35,749 bases of DNA from Sphaeroforma arctica JP610 (taxonomy: Eukaryota), in contig NW_014040472.1 in assembly GCF_001186125.1 (NCBI RefSeq), positions 37,102-72,850 on the forward strand, written 5' to 3'. The translations under genes were made by a program, and so were the position numbers. Below the pieces are notes generated by a model. It was not told the origin of the DNA. It was given only the letters and a program-made list of their open reading frames with translations, and searched no databases. Positions 11,061-27,503 of this stretch are shown here, piece after piece. Every line of letters begins with the position of its first letter. The stretch's first letter is position 1.

Positions 11061-14000
11061 ATGTCTGAGGAAAAGCACACTAATTCGATTGAGCCTGTCG
11101 GCACCATGCCTATCCCCACTATCATTCCTGAAAGTACTACCATAGAGAAGGTCATAACAGAAATTAAGTCTGAGGTTGTAGATAAGACGAATGTAGCTGA
11201 AAGTACTACCGTAGAGAAGGCTATAACAGAAATTAAGTCCGAGGTTGTAGATAAGGTGAATGTAGATGCTGCTGAAAGTACTACCGTAGAGAAGACCATG
11301 AAAGAAGTTAAATCTGAGGTTGTAGACAAGATGAATGTGGATTTTGCGGATGTGAAAGACGAAGCTCCAGTGTCTTCGGCTAATGTCGAGTCCGTTGAAA
11401 TTCTTTCAGGCCATGAAGCTGAAGCAGTATTTGCTGTCGAAACAGTAAAGAGTGAGATCGGGGTCGGTATCAAGCCAAGTGATGCGACCGAAGATAGTTT
11501 CAAGAACGATGCGGATGTGTCGGAGTCGGCAAGTATGGTAGTTGAAGCTGCCCCTATTAGCGACACTAGTGTAATCGCACCAGTGACAGTTAAATTTGAG
11601 ACTACAGTGCAAAACATTGCACTGGAAAGTGTATCTGAAAACAACCCGGCAGAAATTGGCTCAATTGTTGCAGCAGAAGTAGCGTCAGATAGTATACCGA
11701 TGAAGATTGCAGCAGAGATCAAAACAGAAGCCATTTCGACTGACACCCCGATGGAGACTGTATCAGAGATCAAAGCAGAAGCCATTTCTACTGACACACC
11801 GATGGACGTTGATAGCGCCGCCAGTATCTCATCAATTAAGGTAAAACCTGCACAAAACAGTGAATGTCTTGCAGCTAAGACTACCTCTGCGACTAGTGAA
11901 ACACCGACTGCCCTAGCTAGCGATGGTGCGACTGAGGTTGTTGCACCTAACTGCTTGACCGAGAATGATGCAGATGATAGTTTAAATGTTCCAACAAAGG
12001 ACACTGACGGCACTACTCAAACACCAGGCAAGGAGAAACCGGTACAAGAAACGTTGAAGCGTGGAGACGAAGGCTTCACATCGGAGATATATCGAATCAA
12101 AGTGGATAGCCTGCCTAAGGTATGACAATGTGCTAATTTTCGAAATTGTTCACGACGTGAGAGTCGCGCGCAGTGTGTTGCTGTGGGTAGATGACGAAGC
12201 TATTGCATACCTCAAGCTGAGGTAGGACATTTGTCTAATTAAGAGCAAGTGCGTCCGAGGTAAAATATATGGTCAAATTGCAGAGAGGTGTATGAGTATA
12301 CGATATGCAAATCTTTTCTGCGGGTCGAATCCATCAATGACTTTGGGGTATTTCAGACGAACTGTATCGTACGATAGGTTTCCGTAGACCAGTTTGTACT
12401 CACTGTTCGTTCCCGGGATTCTTGCAGTTTACAAGCGTGGCGGCGTTTAAAAAGAAACTGGGACAACTAGGCCTCAAACCTATCAAAGTATCCGTCCAGG
12501 GTACCAAGCAATATCCGTATTCCTTCGTCACGTTTGAGGTAAGTTCACAGTTTATGAGTTGTTCATTTATTCATTTATATGGAAGATTCCCGCACTTCAC
12601 TTTAATATTAAAGCCCAGTGCAGACTGTACTCCACTTGATATCCAGTTCTATGCGAAGCAAAAGTATGGCACACACAGGAAGGTGTAGGAACGATTTAAC
12701 GTGCAACGATCACGCAAGAAATGTGCGCAACACAAATAAATCACTATCGTATATTGCAGCGGGCCAGGTGAAATTGATGTGTACAAAATACACAATGCTA
12801 TCTGCTTTGTATGAGGCTGGAAAACACACCTGCTCACTCTTATACACTGCAATTGATCTGCAGAACGAGGATAACAAACAGAAGGCGCTGAAAGTGTTGA
12901 ACGATACGACTTGGAAGAATAACAATATCTACGCCATACACGCAGCGCCTAAGAAGGGCACACAGGTACGCGCACAAATCGCTCGCGGGCGAATGCAGGA
13001 GCTTTTGTGTTTTCGAGCGCAGTGTTTATCTGCGGCGACCGTTTCTCTGGTGTCTCTGTGTATGAGTTTTTGGAGCTGTATGTGAGCCGTGTAAAATACC
13101 TCAGACTCGCATTGGATTGACATCGAAAGGGTTTCTGAGTATTCGGGGAGAACATAAGATGTTCTCACTGCTGTTGTGACGTGCATACAATCCATGTACA
13201 GTATTAGTTTATGCCGATATAGGTGACTTTGGTTCACTCCCACTAATTGCAATACATGCGCGCACGTTTGGCTGTACAGTTGGTGGGTGAGAAGAGACCG
13301 GGAGATAGGTCTACCGAGAACGATCAGAGAGCCAAACGACCGAAAAGTACACTACCACTACACGAACAAATTAACGACAAGGTGGCCGCGTATTGGAGAT
13401 ATCCATACGACCAACAACTATTGAAGAAAGATGGTATAGTGAAGTCCGTGATGAACGATTGGAAGAGAGACCTACGCAAAGCGGGTGTGGACTGGGTGAA
13501 TGCGTCTCCGTTATGTCCCGTTGAGTCTATAATCCCCTCCAAAGTAATTAAAGGGTACAGAAATAAATGCGAATTCTCGCTAGGGCAATCGGCCGAGGGT
13601 GAGGTGCATGTGGGGTTCTTATTGGGAAGAAGCGCTGACGGTACGAATGTTGTACGGCCCACGGAGTGTCCCTTGGTGTCTGAGGGCATGAAGGCCGTGT
13701 GTCTACACTTTGAGAAGTTCATCACAGAGATGTCCAAACTTCCCATTTATAACACGCAGGAACGCACCGGACACTGGCGCCTTCTGCTTGTGCGCGAGAC
13801 GCATGCTGGCGAGATCATGATTGTGGCCCAGATGCACCCTCAGAAACTTTCCACGACCGAGATAACGGAACAGGGCAAACTTCTCGGCGTACATTTCTCA
13901 GAGAACTTTCCGGAAGGAAATGTGAAGTCTATATCACTACAATGCTATGAAGGGATTTCGCATGGATTCGGTTCGGACATTCAGTTGGTACACGGGCCTC

Positions 14001-15208
14001 CGGTACTAGAAGAGACACTGATGGGTCTCAAATTTGATATATCCCCAACGTCATTCTTTCAGGTTAACTACGGCGGTGCGGAGAATTTGTATTCACTGAT
14101 CCGTCAATGGGCAGGTGAGACTAAAAAATTAGGTGCAGGAGCCAAGAGTGCGAAGGAGCGTGATGGAAAGGCGAAATTATATGACATGGGGGTACATCAC
14201 GATGGCAATGCGCAAACTGATATCAAGGCTGAGAAGGACGGGTCGAAAGACGCGAGCAAGGATTCCGTTTTACGAAGTGTGAATGTATTGGATGTATGTT
14301 GTGGCACGGGGACTATAGGCATGCTGATGGCGCCAGTCGCGAATAAGGTTTTTGGAGTGGACATTGTCGAATCTGCGATCGAGGATGCGAAGAAAAATGC
14401 CTTGAAAAATGAGATGAAGAACATCGAGTTTGTATGTGGTAAGGCCGAGGACACCCTGGGCAAGCTTGTGAACACAGCGCTATTGGAGAATATGGGTCTC
14501 ATGGGCATCCTAGACCCACCGCGTGCTGGATTACGTATGTTCTATACTTCTTGTGTGTGTGATACCAATCACAAGTCTTCATTGGCAATCAAATCTTAGG
14601 CTCAGATCGTTCCAATATTATCACAGACCAGATCGACAAGTTTGAGTTGTGCATGTTTCTACCGCAGTCTAAATACCCAACCGACCGCTTTGTCTCACAT
14701 ATATAGATAAGGACGTTGTGAAGGTCATACGTGCAACTCCCCAGATTGATCGACTTGTGTACGTGGCTTGCGATGCTCGACAGTCATTGCCGACTTTGAC
14801 CAGGTAAGCCAGTTGTTTCGAGGCACACAAGTTTGATAGGCCCGTGAACATGCTTGAATATCTTCGATTGGGCTGTGTAAGCAATTCTAATTCAGGACGA
14901 CTTGCCATAAAATAAATTATCTCATTTAAAATCTACGAACGGTATGCACTCCTGATTTGTTTTACCCTCTAGCAATGTGGCGATTGTTTCAAGCGCGTGC
15001 TCTATATGTGGTAAGTACAATGCACAAAACGAGATCTCATTATTTCGCTTCAATATTGATACCCAATGCCTACAGTCTGTGCCGACCTACAAGCAACAAC
15101 TACATTGGGCTCCCCTTCCGACCAATGAGAGTGGCGGCGGCTGACTTATTCCCAAATACGCCGAACTTCGAATTTATCGTGCTCTTAGAACGAGAATCTA
15201 CAAATTAA
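11061..15208 (+). CDS. TRMT2A: tRNA (uracil-5-)-methyltransferase homolog A (RRM + TrmA/RlmD-type MTase), 6 exons
   Basis: Exons 11061-12119, 12428-12538, 12864-12965, 13280-14534, 14707-14803, 15076-15208 are phase-consistent. Motifs: FTSEIYRIKV and YSFVTF (RRM), YDQQLLKK, GYRNKCEFS, GHWRLLLVR, ISPTSFFQVN, VLDVCCGTGTIG (SAM binding), LDPPRAGLH, LVYVACD (catalytic Cys), DLFPNTPNFE. Confidence 0.94.
11128..11345 (+). repeat. Three coding tandem repeats of ~69-75 bp (ESTTxEKxxxExKSEVVDKxNV) in TRMT2A exon 1
   Basis: CTGAAAGTACTACCRTAGAGAAG...GAGGTTGTAGAYAAG occurs three times. Confidence 0.9.
11712..11806 (+). repeat. Two 51-bp coding repeats (EIKxEAISTDTPM) in TRMT2A exon 1
   Basis: CAGAGATCAAARCAGAAGCCATTTCnACTGACACnCCGATGGA occurs twice. 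Confidence 0.9.
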
Positions 15209-15999
15209 ATGTTTAAGCCGCTGTTCTTTTGGGCTTAGTTGTTGTTATATACGTACCCCGCTATGCGTGCTTATTACTTGTATGCGGATATTCTAGCGGG
15301 AAAAAAAGTACTTGGATACGGTTAACTAGATTTTGCAGTCTCGCAGAGAGGCTGCTCATTTCTGCCACACCTTAGAATTAGATGTATATTACCCAATCAT
15401 CCGATTCCCATGCACAGTACGTTTCCATAATTTTTCTTGTGCAACAGCATTTTCATTCGACTCTCGATTTATCCAAGAATTGCATAGTCTTACTATATAC
15501 CTTCGTAGGGCATTCAAGTAGTTAATGTGTGCAGTCTTAATTACTTTTGCATTCTGACTTTTTCGTCTGCTACCTGCTCCAACCTGCAATCCGCTTTCTA
15601 CACTGGTTCGGACTGGATATAGTTGATAATAGGCCACAATTGATATACACGCGCACATGGCGAGTCACCAGGGCGGGTACTTGCTTTAAGGTATTGGGTC
15701 GTCAGCACTAGCTCGTCATCGTCTATAGTGTATGGTACTCAAGGCACGTTCATGTACCTACTGAGATTAGTGTATGAGAAGCTATATCTAACCCTATTTG
15801 ACACCTGCAAATTCGATAAGATGATATGTAACGGAAGTTCGTGTTTGATCCTCTTAGACCTCGGTGAGATGGTTGATATGCTGCGCTCAACACGTCATGA
15901 TATTCGCATTCGAGGCCGGTGGCGTTGAATTGTTCCATGCGATCGGCCTCTGTGCAGTGGTTACAAAAGCCTTTCTCGCTTGACTTCTCGTGACTTGAC

Positions 16000-18946
16000 T
16001 TATGTATCTGGCTTGAAGCCCCAAGTGGAATCGAACCCGTAGCACGCCACACCGTTCACGAACATTCCCAACAAAAGTCCACTCAAAAACACGCTAAAGC
16101 GACCAGAAAACCGGGTCATGGGCAGCAGCAGTAGCGCCAGTTGGTAGTGGTGCAGGTGGAACATGAGATGGTTTGACATGTCTACCAACCAAGTAATTAT
16201 GCACAGCAGGGATATGACAGCAACGTATCCGATGAAGTAGTACGGGAGCAAACCGTGGCGGTATACTTCTGCCAACTGTATAGCCCCGAGCACGATCACG
16301 GCCAGTGTGATGATGACGGCAATAGCCACTTGCCAGTCTGATAAACCCGAAAACCCACCAGGGGTGAAACTATAATCTAGGAAAGGCTGCAGAACCAGAA
16401 GAGTGAAGTGGTATTAGTGTAGCTCTCACTGTTTGTGTGCTCTCACGCTGTGGCCTTAAACGCATGTCTGACAACCATCGAAGTATATGCGATCCAACTG
16501 AAACGATTTGAAGGTACTATACCTCATGTAACACCTCATACGGTCATATTTTGAGCACAGCAAGGCGCAATAGTGGACGAAGCACCAAACACTGCACTGC
16601 GCCACTTTGTATCTGGAATAGTTCCTTCTGAAAGCGGAAACGGGCGTATCTTTTCTGCGGTTGACCACCAGTTAAGTCGCGAGCGGCATGAGCAGATGCA
16701 CAGAGACTATAATGGATTATATATCACACACTTACCTTGATATAGCTCATATGTAGCATCACGAAGTAGGGCAGCATGAACAGGAGCATCGTATCGAATA
16801 CATAGCGCCCACAGGCGGTGTCGTACAGTGTGATGTTGACCGAAAAATCGAAGATCGCATAGATGAATACAGTAAAGGAGAAGAACGTACCCAGCGCGTA
16901 ATCAACTCTGTCGACGCCATTCGCGGTGTATGTAGGATACACGACGAAAACGACATACCTGTAGGCCCCAGAAAAGCGAGAATTTGTCAAAACTAGTCAA
17001 TGTGTCTTTTGAATTAACTCACGCCAATCTATCTCGATCTAGGGACACTACCTCAATACAACGCAGGTACACATCCATACTTTGAAGAAAAAAACATAGT
17101 ATAGTGTTTTAAATTTGAAATCTGATACATTATTGGTTGCTAGAAAAATATGAGTTAGCAATATTAGCAAGATTCAAATACAAAAGCTATCGGCAAATAG
17201 TTCAGAACATACCAGTAACCGATCATCATGAGTGCAGTAAAGAACGTCTGCCTCGACGGTGAGAGCAGGAGGAGACCACACGTATACAGCACCACGATTA
17301 TTAGCAGTGAGTGCCCAAACGTTTGGCAGTGACTGTGCATGCACGCTTGAAGCTGTAGTGGGATCCTTCGTGGAAGGTCTAAGCTGTTTTGTTGTGGCTT
17401 TGTTAATTCGTTGGTGCCTATACTTGAATCCAACGTATTCGCACTCCTACTCTCCATCCGTGCCAAATGTTGATTGGCGTCAGGCACGATTTGTAACGAA
17501 GGACCGTCATTGGTAGGGATGTTACTGTTTGTAGTCTCTTCAGTCAAACTTGAATCATCTCCACTCGGAGACTTTACCGGATGTACCCGAGCTATAAGAC
17601 ATCCTCCTACCCAAGGACTGAAAAGCGTAGTAGTTGCCACAGCTGCCTTGCACACGGGTGAGGTCCTTGTAAACAAGTAAATATCAGAGCTTTCCGCATC
17701 ACGTGCAGCAAATCGTGGATACGCTCCATCGTGTTCAACAGTGCTGCCACCATTTACTGATTGTTGGTTTAACACCGTTTCGTTCAGGAAATGTGCCTCA
17801 CCAGCTCCCCGATATTGGCAGTATGCCGGACATCGGACAGGTATCCAGCCATCCAAGTGGTGCACAGATTTGTTCAGTGCACCGAGTGTGTCTCCACAGT
17901 CTAAGCGGTATGGCTTACCATAGTCGGTGTCTGCCGCGTACGTATCATAGTAGACAAGTGTGGTCAACAACGCAAACCCAAACACCAGATACAATCCAAT
18001 AGTGAACTGGTGTATGATGGGTGGCAGCGCCGTAAGCGGTAAACTCTTCCACCGCTTCTGGACCAATATAGGCACGGGAACGTGGCGAAGCTTATACTCT
18101 TGCGGCGTGGTCAACTTCAACAACACATCGTGCATACGGTATATCCAGTAGTAAAGAGTGCGCACCACGTAATTGTGGTCTTCCAAGCCTTCGTACGAGG
18201 GCACACTGTACCCCACGGCGTCTGTAACATTATCCACCTCGTGCGCTTCTAAAGCATTTGTACCGTCGTATATATCACCTGTCAACGTCTCAGTGGCGCC
18301 GTAATCTGTTCGATTCGATAACGACCGATTATAGAGAAGCCTACAAATGATAATATCGAGTATACTGGAAGTCAGAGCGGTGTATATATCTAGCTGACAG
18401 ATCGCAGATGAAGTGGGAAAATCTTAGCTACATACCTGCGTCATTTTTTATCAGTAGAGCTCGGGCATGGATACTATATACATATACTTATATCGATAAA
18501 ATGGTAGAATATAAGTAATATCCATAATACATGTAACGAGTTGGCTTTGTGTCCATAGAATAGACCAGACCGCCAAATCATTATGGAGCGCGCAAAGCAA
18601 AAGACCATCAAACTATTCTCCACTACCAGTATTCTTAAACACCGCATCTGGAGACATTATTCATATCTCTGACCAAATGACATCCGTGTATGTTCGGCAA
18701 GCTAACTCTAAGGTGAGGGTTGCAAGATCTGCTATGGATACGAGAGTCTGCACAAGCAAACCAATGCCGCTGGTTTTAAAGTCGTATTATCTCTCTTCAA
18801 GAGGACAAGACTTTGTACTATCTTCGGCCCCCAGGAGAAGCTATTAGAATACTGTAGTCAGTTTCACTAAAGTAAAAACAAAGTATATGTAGCGGCAGAC
18901 ACGAAATGTTTAAAACATACCTTACATGACTACCGGATTCAGACAT
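16000..18946 (-). CDS. LCCL-domain multipass membrane protein, resembling the uncharacterised fungal family
   Basis: Exons 18946-18921 (less certain), 18340-17213, 16958-16736, 16386-16000 are phase-consistent. An N-terminal TM is followed by VRCPAYC...FTRTSPVCKAAV...GGC (LCCL-like), then several TMs ending HLHHYQLALLLLPMT...LLLGMFVNGVACYGFDS. This resembles the recalled fungal IHHYILALLLLPGT...GLFINGIARWGFDS signature. Confidence 0.8.
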
Positions 18947-20316
18947 ATCAACTTAATATTATCTTGTCGTTGAAAAATTCATTGAGGCTTTGTTTATTAT
19001 GATTAATTGACGTGGTACGCAGACAACCATGTGTACACATCTATGAATTGGTACACGTATGTCTATAAGTATAATGTGTGTATGTAAAATATATATCTTG
19101 TATGTAGTATGAAACATACGTGATAGCCATACAACTCATACATTAAATTATAAATACATCAATAAAATATATTTACGCAATTACACATTGTACTATGAAG
19201 ACATTTATGATATACTAATCAAATGATATGTCATGATTTTAACCTAGCTTGAATGACGCAGCCAATAAGGCAACTATAAAAGCATTCAGAATATAATTCG
19301 AGATCAGCCGCCCAATTGTAATCCATCAATCAGATTTTGGAAGCGTGAATACTGAATGCTCACGGCTCACTCATCCACACGTTTGACGTCTACCCTCAAT
19401 GTCCACAGACAGTCCGATATCAGCTCCACATGGCTTGAAACTTGACAGAACTAATACTTCGGTAATGAGCGTATGTGTACATTGCCAAGCGGCTCTTATA
19501 CACATGAAAAACTAAGTTTCCATCTTGCAGGAGAACAGAGCTAGCGTTGTGATCATATATGGTGTTGTATGGTAAATTATTTTACAATGACTATTGTACA
19601 TAAAATACGCGATACTGTAGGCCAACTGCTTTTTCATCAATAGTTAACGGGATACCCGTTTACGTCACTGTATCTACATTAATAGCATGCCAGATTGCTG
19701 ACTAAACACAATAATGTGGCTTTGCTGGTGCCGACACACTTACTGCTTAACGACTTTTTCTGATAGTATACGTGTGAGTCATGACTCGAAATTCCAATAG
19801 TAATCCGCCTGCATTGCTGTCACAACTCGCAAACCTCACCAGATCATATCGTTATTTCGTTATGCCTGTATTGTTATGAAGCGGTACTTTCGCTACTAAA
19901 TGGGGGGCAGGGTGGCTGACGTGGTGACACTAGGTATCTATAATTCGGCAGAGGCTGTCAGGCGGAGGCCGTTGGTCGGCGATTCGCGAATGAATTATCC
20001 TACGGGCGGCCGCCAAATTCTGGTCTGTCAATCAAAAAGGCGATATCGCTCTAACGAAATTTCTGAAATTCGTTTCTAAACTTTGAAGCGTGAATCATTA
20101 GTCGCGTATCATTTCGGTATTGTGCCAATATATACATGCGATTCTGCGTATGTGCGCATCTACTATTTTTATATCGATCTGATGATGACATTCGATGCGT
20201 GAAGTTTAGTGTTCCTAATAAATTTTACGCTGATATGTATTCACGCTCATAACGATTGTGACCTCGTTAGCGCGTGCCATTGCGTGTATGTATCACCGTG
20301 CAATAACACAATAGTC

Positions 20317-22442
20317 ATGAGTGGTGAATCGAATAATACGTTCCCCTGTGCATATGATCTCAGCGATTATGTCCATAATGGACAATACAATACGCAACTA
20401 CATACGAATACTTCGCTTGTAAATGAAGTAAATACAATACCCGTGGCCGAACCCACCTCGGATCATGGGACAATCTCAATAGGCATTGATTGCAACTTGG
20501 ACCGGTATTTGAATTGCCCCTTTGGTACGTTGGCGCAGGGCACCTTTCTCGATCTTAACGCTGAGGAAAAATCTGGATTGGCACACGCTATCGCTTATCA
20601 ATGCATTGGCAGTAGCGACACGACGTTATCGGACACAAATAGCAACGGTGGCAAGCAAAGGGTTCGAGTAGAGAAGAAATCTCAACGGCAGGCCTCAGGA
20701 CCGTACTATAACCATGAGCGCTTTTCTTCGGGCCCTGGAGACAATTTCTCTCCACATCAGAAGGCCTCGCATCTTCTAGAAGTGCCGACAGTGGATACAC
20801 GACTTAAAGCCCATGTACTGACAAGGGCACTGTCGCACGTGCAACCTCCAACACGACTACCGCCAATGCCCTGGCATCAGCATCCGCTTCGCCCGCAACC
20901 GGGTGCGCAGGGAACAGAAGCCCAATCATATTCAACCCATTTGTCCCAGGTACCTTACGGACTATATGAGTGGCAGTTTCCACACCACCCGCAGGCTGCT
21001 TACTTACCGAATGACACAGATAGCTCGTCGAGAGGAGCTACTTTCCCCTGTGGCTCCCAAACACTAGGTATTCAATATGCCATGTTCTATCTCTCCTAGT
21101 ATTTGAGCATGAAGCATATATCGTGTTTATCCGAAACACCGCGAGACTTAATCAGTCTATCGGCTGAAAGCACGATGTTTGACGTACTTCAACTATTGCA
21201 TAATTGCTTGAACTTTCGATACAGCAAGTGCGAAATCATGGATTAATTGCAGTAGCTAAAAGTTTCTTTATTATCCAACCAGCACACCAGCCAGCTGCGG
21301 ATAGAGTCGATTCCTTGAGTGATGGCAGTCAGCTTGTATGTCGTACTCGATTAGTGTGGATTCTCAAAGAACTTAAAGGACAGCTGCCGCTTCATGCGCT
21401 AGGCAGGGCGCATACTACAGAATGTGAATATATGCATCATACAAAATTCCTATGGATGTTCAACAGAAGTCGCAAAACCTATTCACATGACCATAGACAC
21501 AATTTGGCGTGCAGTGGTGCTTCTGCTTTCTGCTGCTAGTGATATATATATAGACACAGCCTTTGCAGACCCGCCTTCGGAGTTTGGACGTTCCCAATGT
21601 TGGTCGTTGAAAAGTGGCTATGTTATATATACTTTCTACATTTACGCAATGCTTCACGCTCAGTGACAACAACTATGCTGATACTTCACAGGCAACTGCT
21701 GACCCTGATCTCACTGTCAGGACCCAAAAGTCTTTGCCCGAGGAAAGGAGACAGGCACACTTGTATGTCATTTGCAATTACGAACTTCTGGACATGTGCG
21801 TCCCGCAACCGCATATGCTGTGGAATAGTGGTAGTGAGTGACAATTCAACAGTCTTGTACGATTCTCCATTCCTTACAACAGAGATGCCGTCAGGCGAAC
21901 AAGGAAGGAAATTAATGAGGGCCTGAAAGCGCTCTACGCAATCCTTCAACAAACAAATAAGCTCATCGAAGATCAGGTAATATAAACCTCGCTCCTATGT
22001 ACAGCCCATTTATATTAAACTTCACAATTGAGATTGCTCACAAACAAAGTTCGCATCCAGATGCCACCGGGGACTGTATTGGAAATGCCTATTTTACCGA
22101 CCACGAAACGACCTAGCAATCTGAAGGTGATCCAAGAAGGTAACAGTGTCTCTCGCTTACTGCGTGAATTTATTGGATCGTTGTATGGAGATACGTCATG
22201 CCACCTTGTTCATTGCCTGCGAGCGGGAAGGTTTGTACACAACGACGTATAAAAAATTTAACTTCAATATACCATTCAACGCAGCCAAAAAGAGGATCGA
22301 GTTGCTACGAGCTAAGCTTACGAGCCTGAAAGAAGAGATCAAGAGATTGCAGCCTAATTCGAAACTGGTGTGCGAGCCATCGGATACACGACTGAAACGT
22401 TCGCAGAGTCTACCTGTACCTTCTCCTTATTGGAATAAATAA
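20317..22442 (+). CDS. Divergent bHLH-leucine zipper transcription factor (Mlx/Max/USF-like), 6 predicted exons
   Basis: Exons 20317-21067, 21283-21335, 21692-21762, 21883-21976, 22061-22139, 22285-22442 are all GT-AG and in phase. The spliced product reads ERRQAHLDAVRRTRKEINEGLKALYAIL-loop-KRPSNLKVIQEAKKRIELLRAKLTSLKEEIKRLQ, with a P/Q/H-rich N-terminal region. Confidence 0.72.
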
Positions 22443-22656
22443 AGTGCCCTTAGGTAGAACCCCAATACAACACACAAGTTTCTGCTATGGTTTCGATACT
22501 AGGAAATGCGGAAAACTTAAAGTGCAAACAAGACAAGCTCCTCGAGTTAGGTCTTCTGATTCTCCACCCGTCACCGTATTTTTATTACTTCTACATTCGC
22601 TTCTAAACGAATACACAAACAGATTGAATGCCCTTGGAAAGGTATCAACTACCAGC

Positions 22657-27225
<4,569 letters not shown>

Positions 27226-27451
27226 CGTGTGTATGTGTGTGTAAGCTACACACAATTATACCTGCGTAAAGATACGGTAAACTTTGTGAGGTCTGCTACG
27301 CGCGTGTGTGCCTACAGTATGTGCACTATCCTAGCATCTATGGGATCGCTTTGTTTTCTTTTTTGTTTTCATTTGTGCTATGTCGGGTGGTAAAATAAAG
27401 GCGAGACAAGGGCGCTCAAAGCCTCAAACTCTTTCTCTGTGTGAAAAACTG

Positions 27452-27503
27452 AATTGACACTTATGTGTGAGAAAATAATTGACATTTATGTGTGAGAAAA
27501 TAA
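27452..27503. repeat. Tandem 25-bp direct repeat (AATTGACAYTTATGTGTGAGAAAAT x2) in the OST48/PGAP1 divergent spacer
   Basis: Two adjacent copies differing at one base. Confidence 0.85.

Noticed and set aside
10868..12013. 381-aa antisense ORF
   Set aside because: Codon-register mirror of the repetitive TRMT2A exon 1; non-ATG start and no motifs.
18436..18473. Extra small exon for the LCCL gene (AG...CAG|GTATGT)
   Set aside because: Inclusion shifts the frame and hits a stop; the direct 18921/18340 join is in phase.
22140..22284. ORF segment SLAYCVNLLDRC... as part of the bHLH protein
   Set aside because: Removing it as a GT-AG intron restores a contiguous helix 2 in phase.
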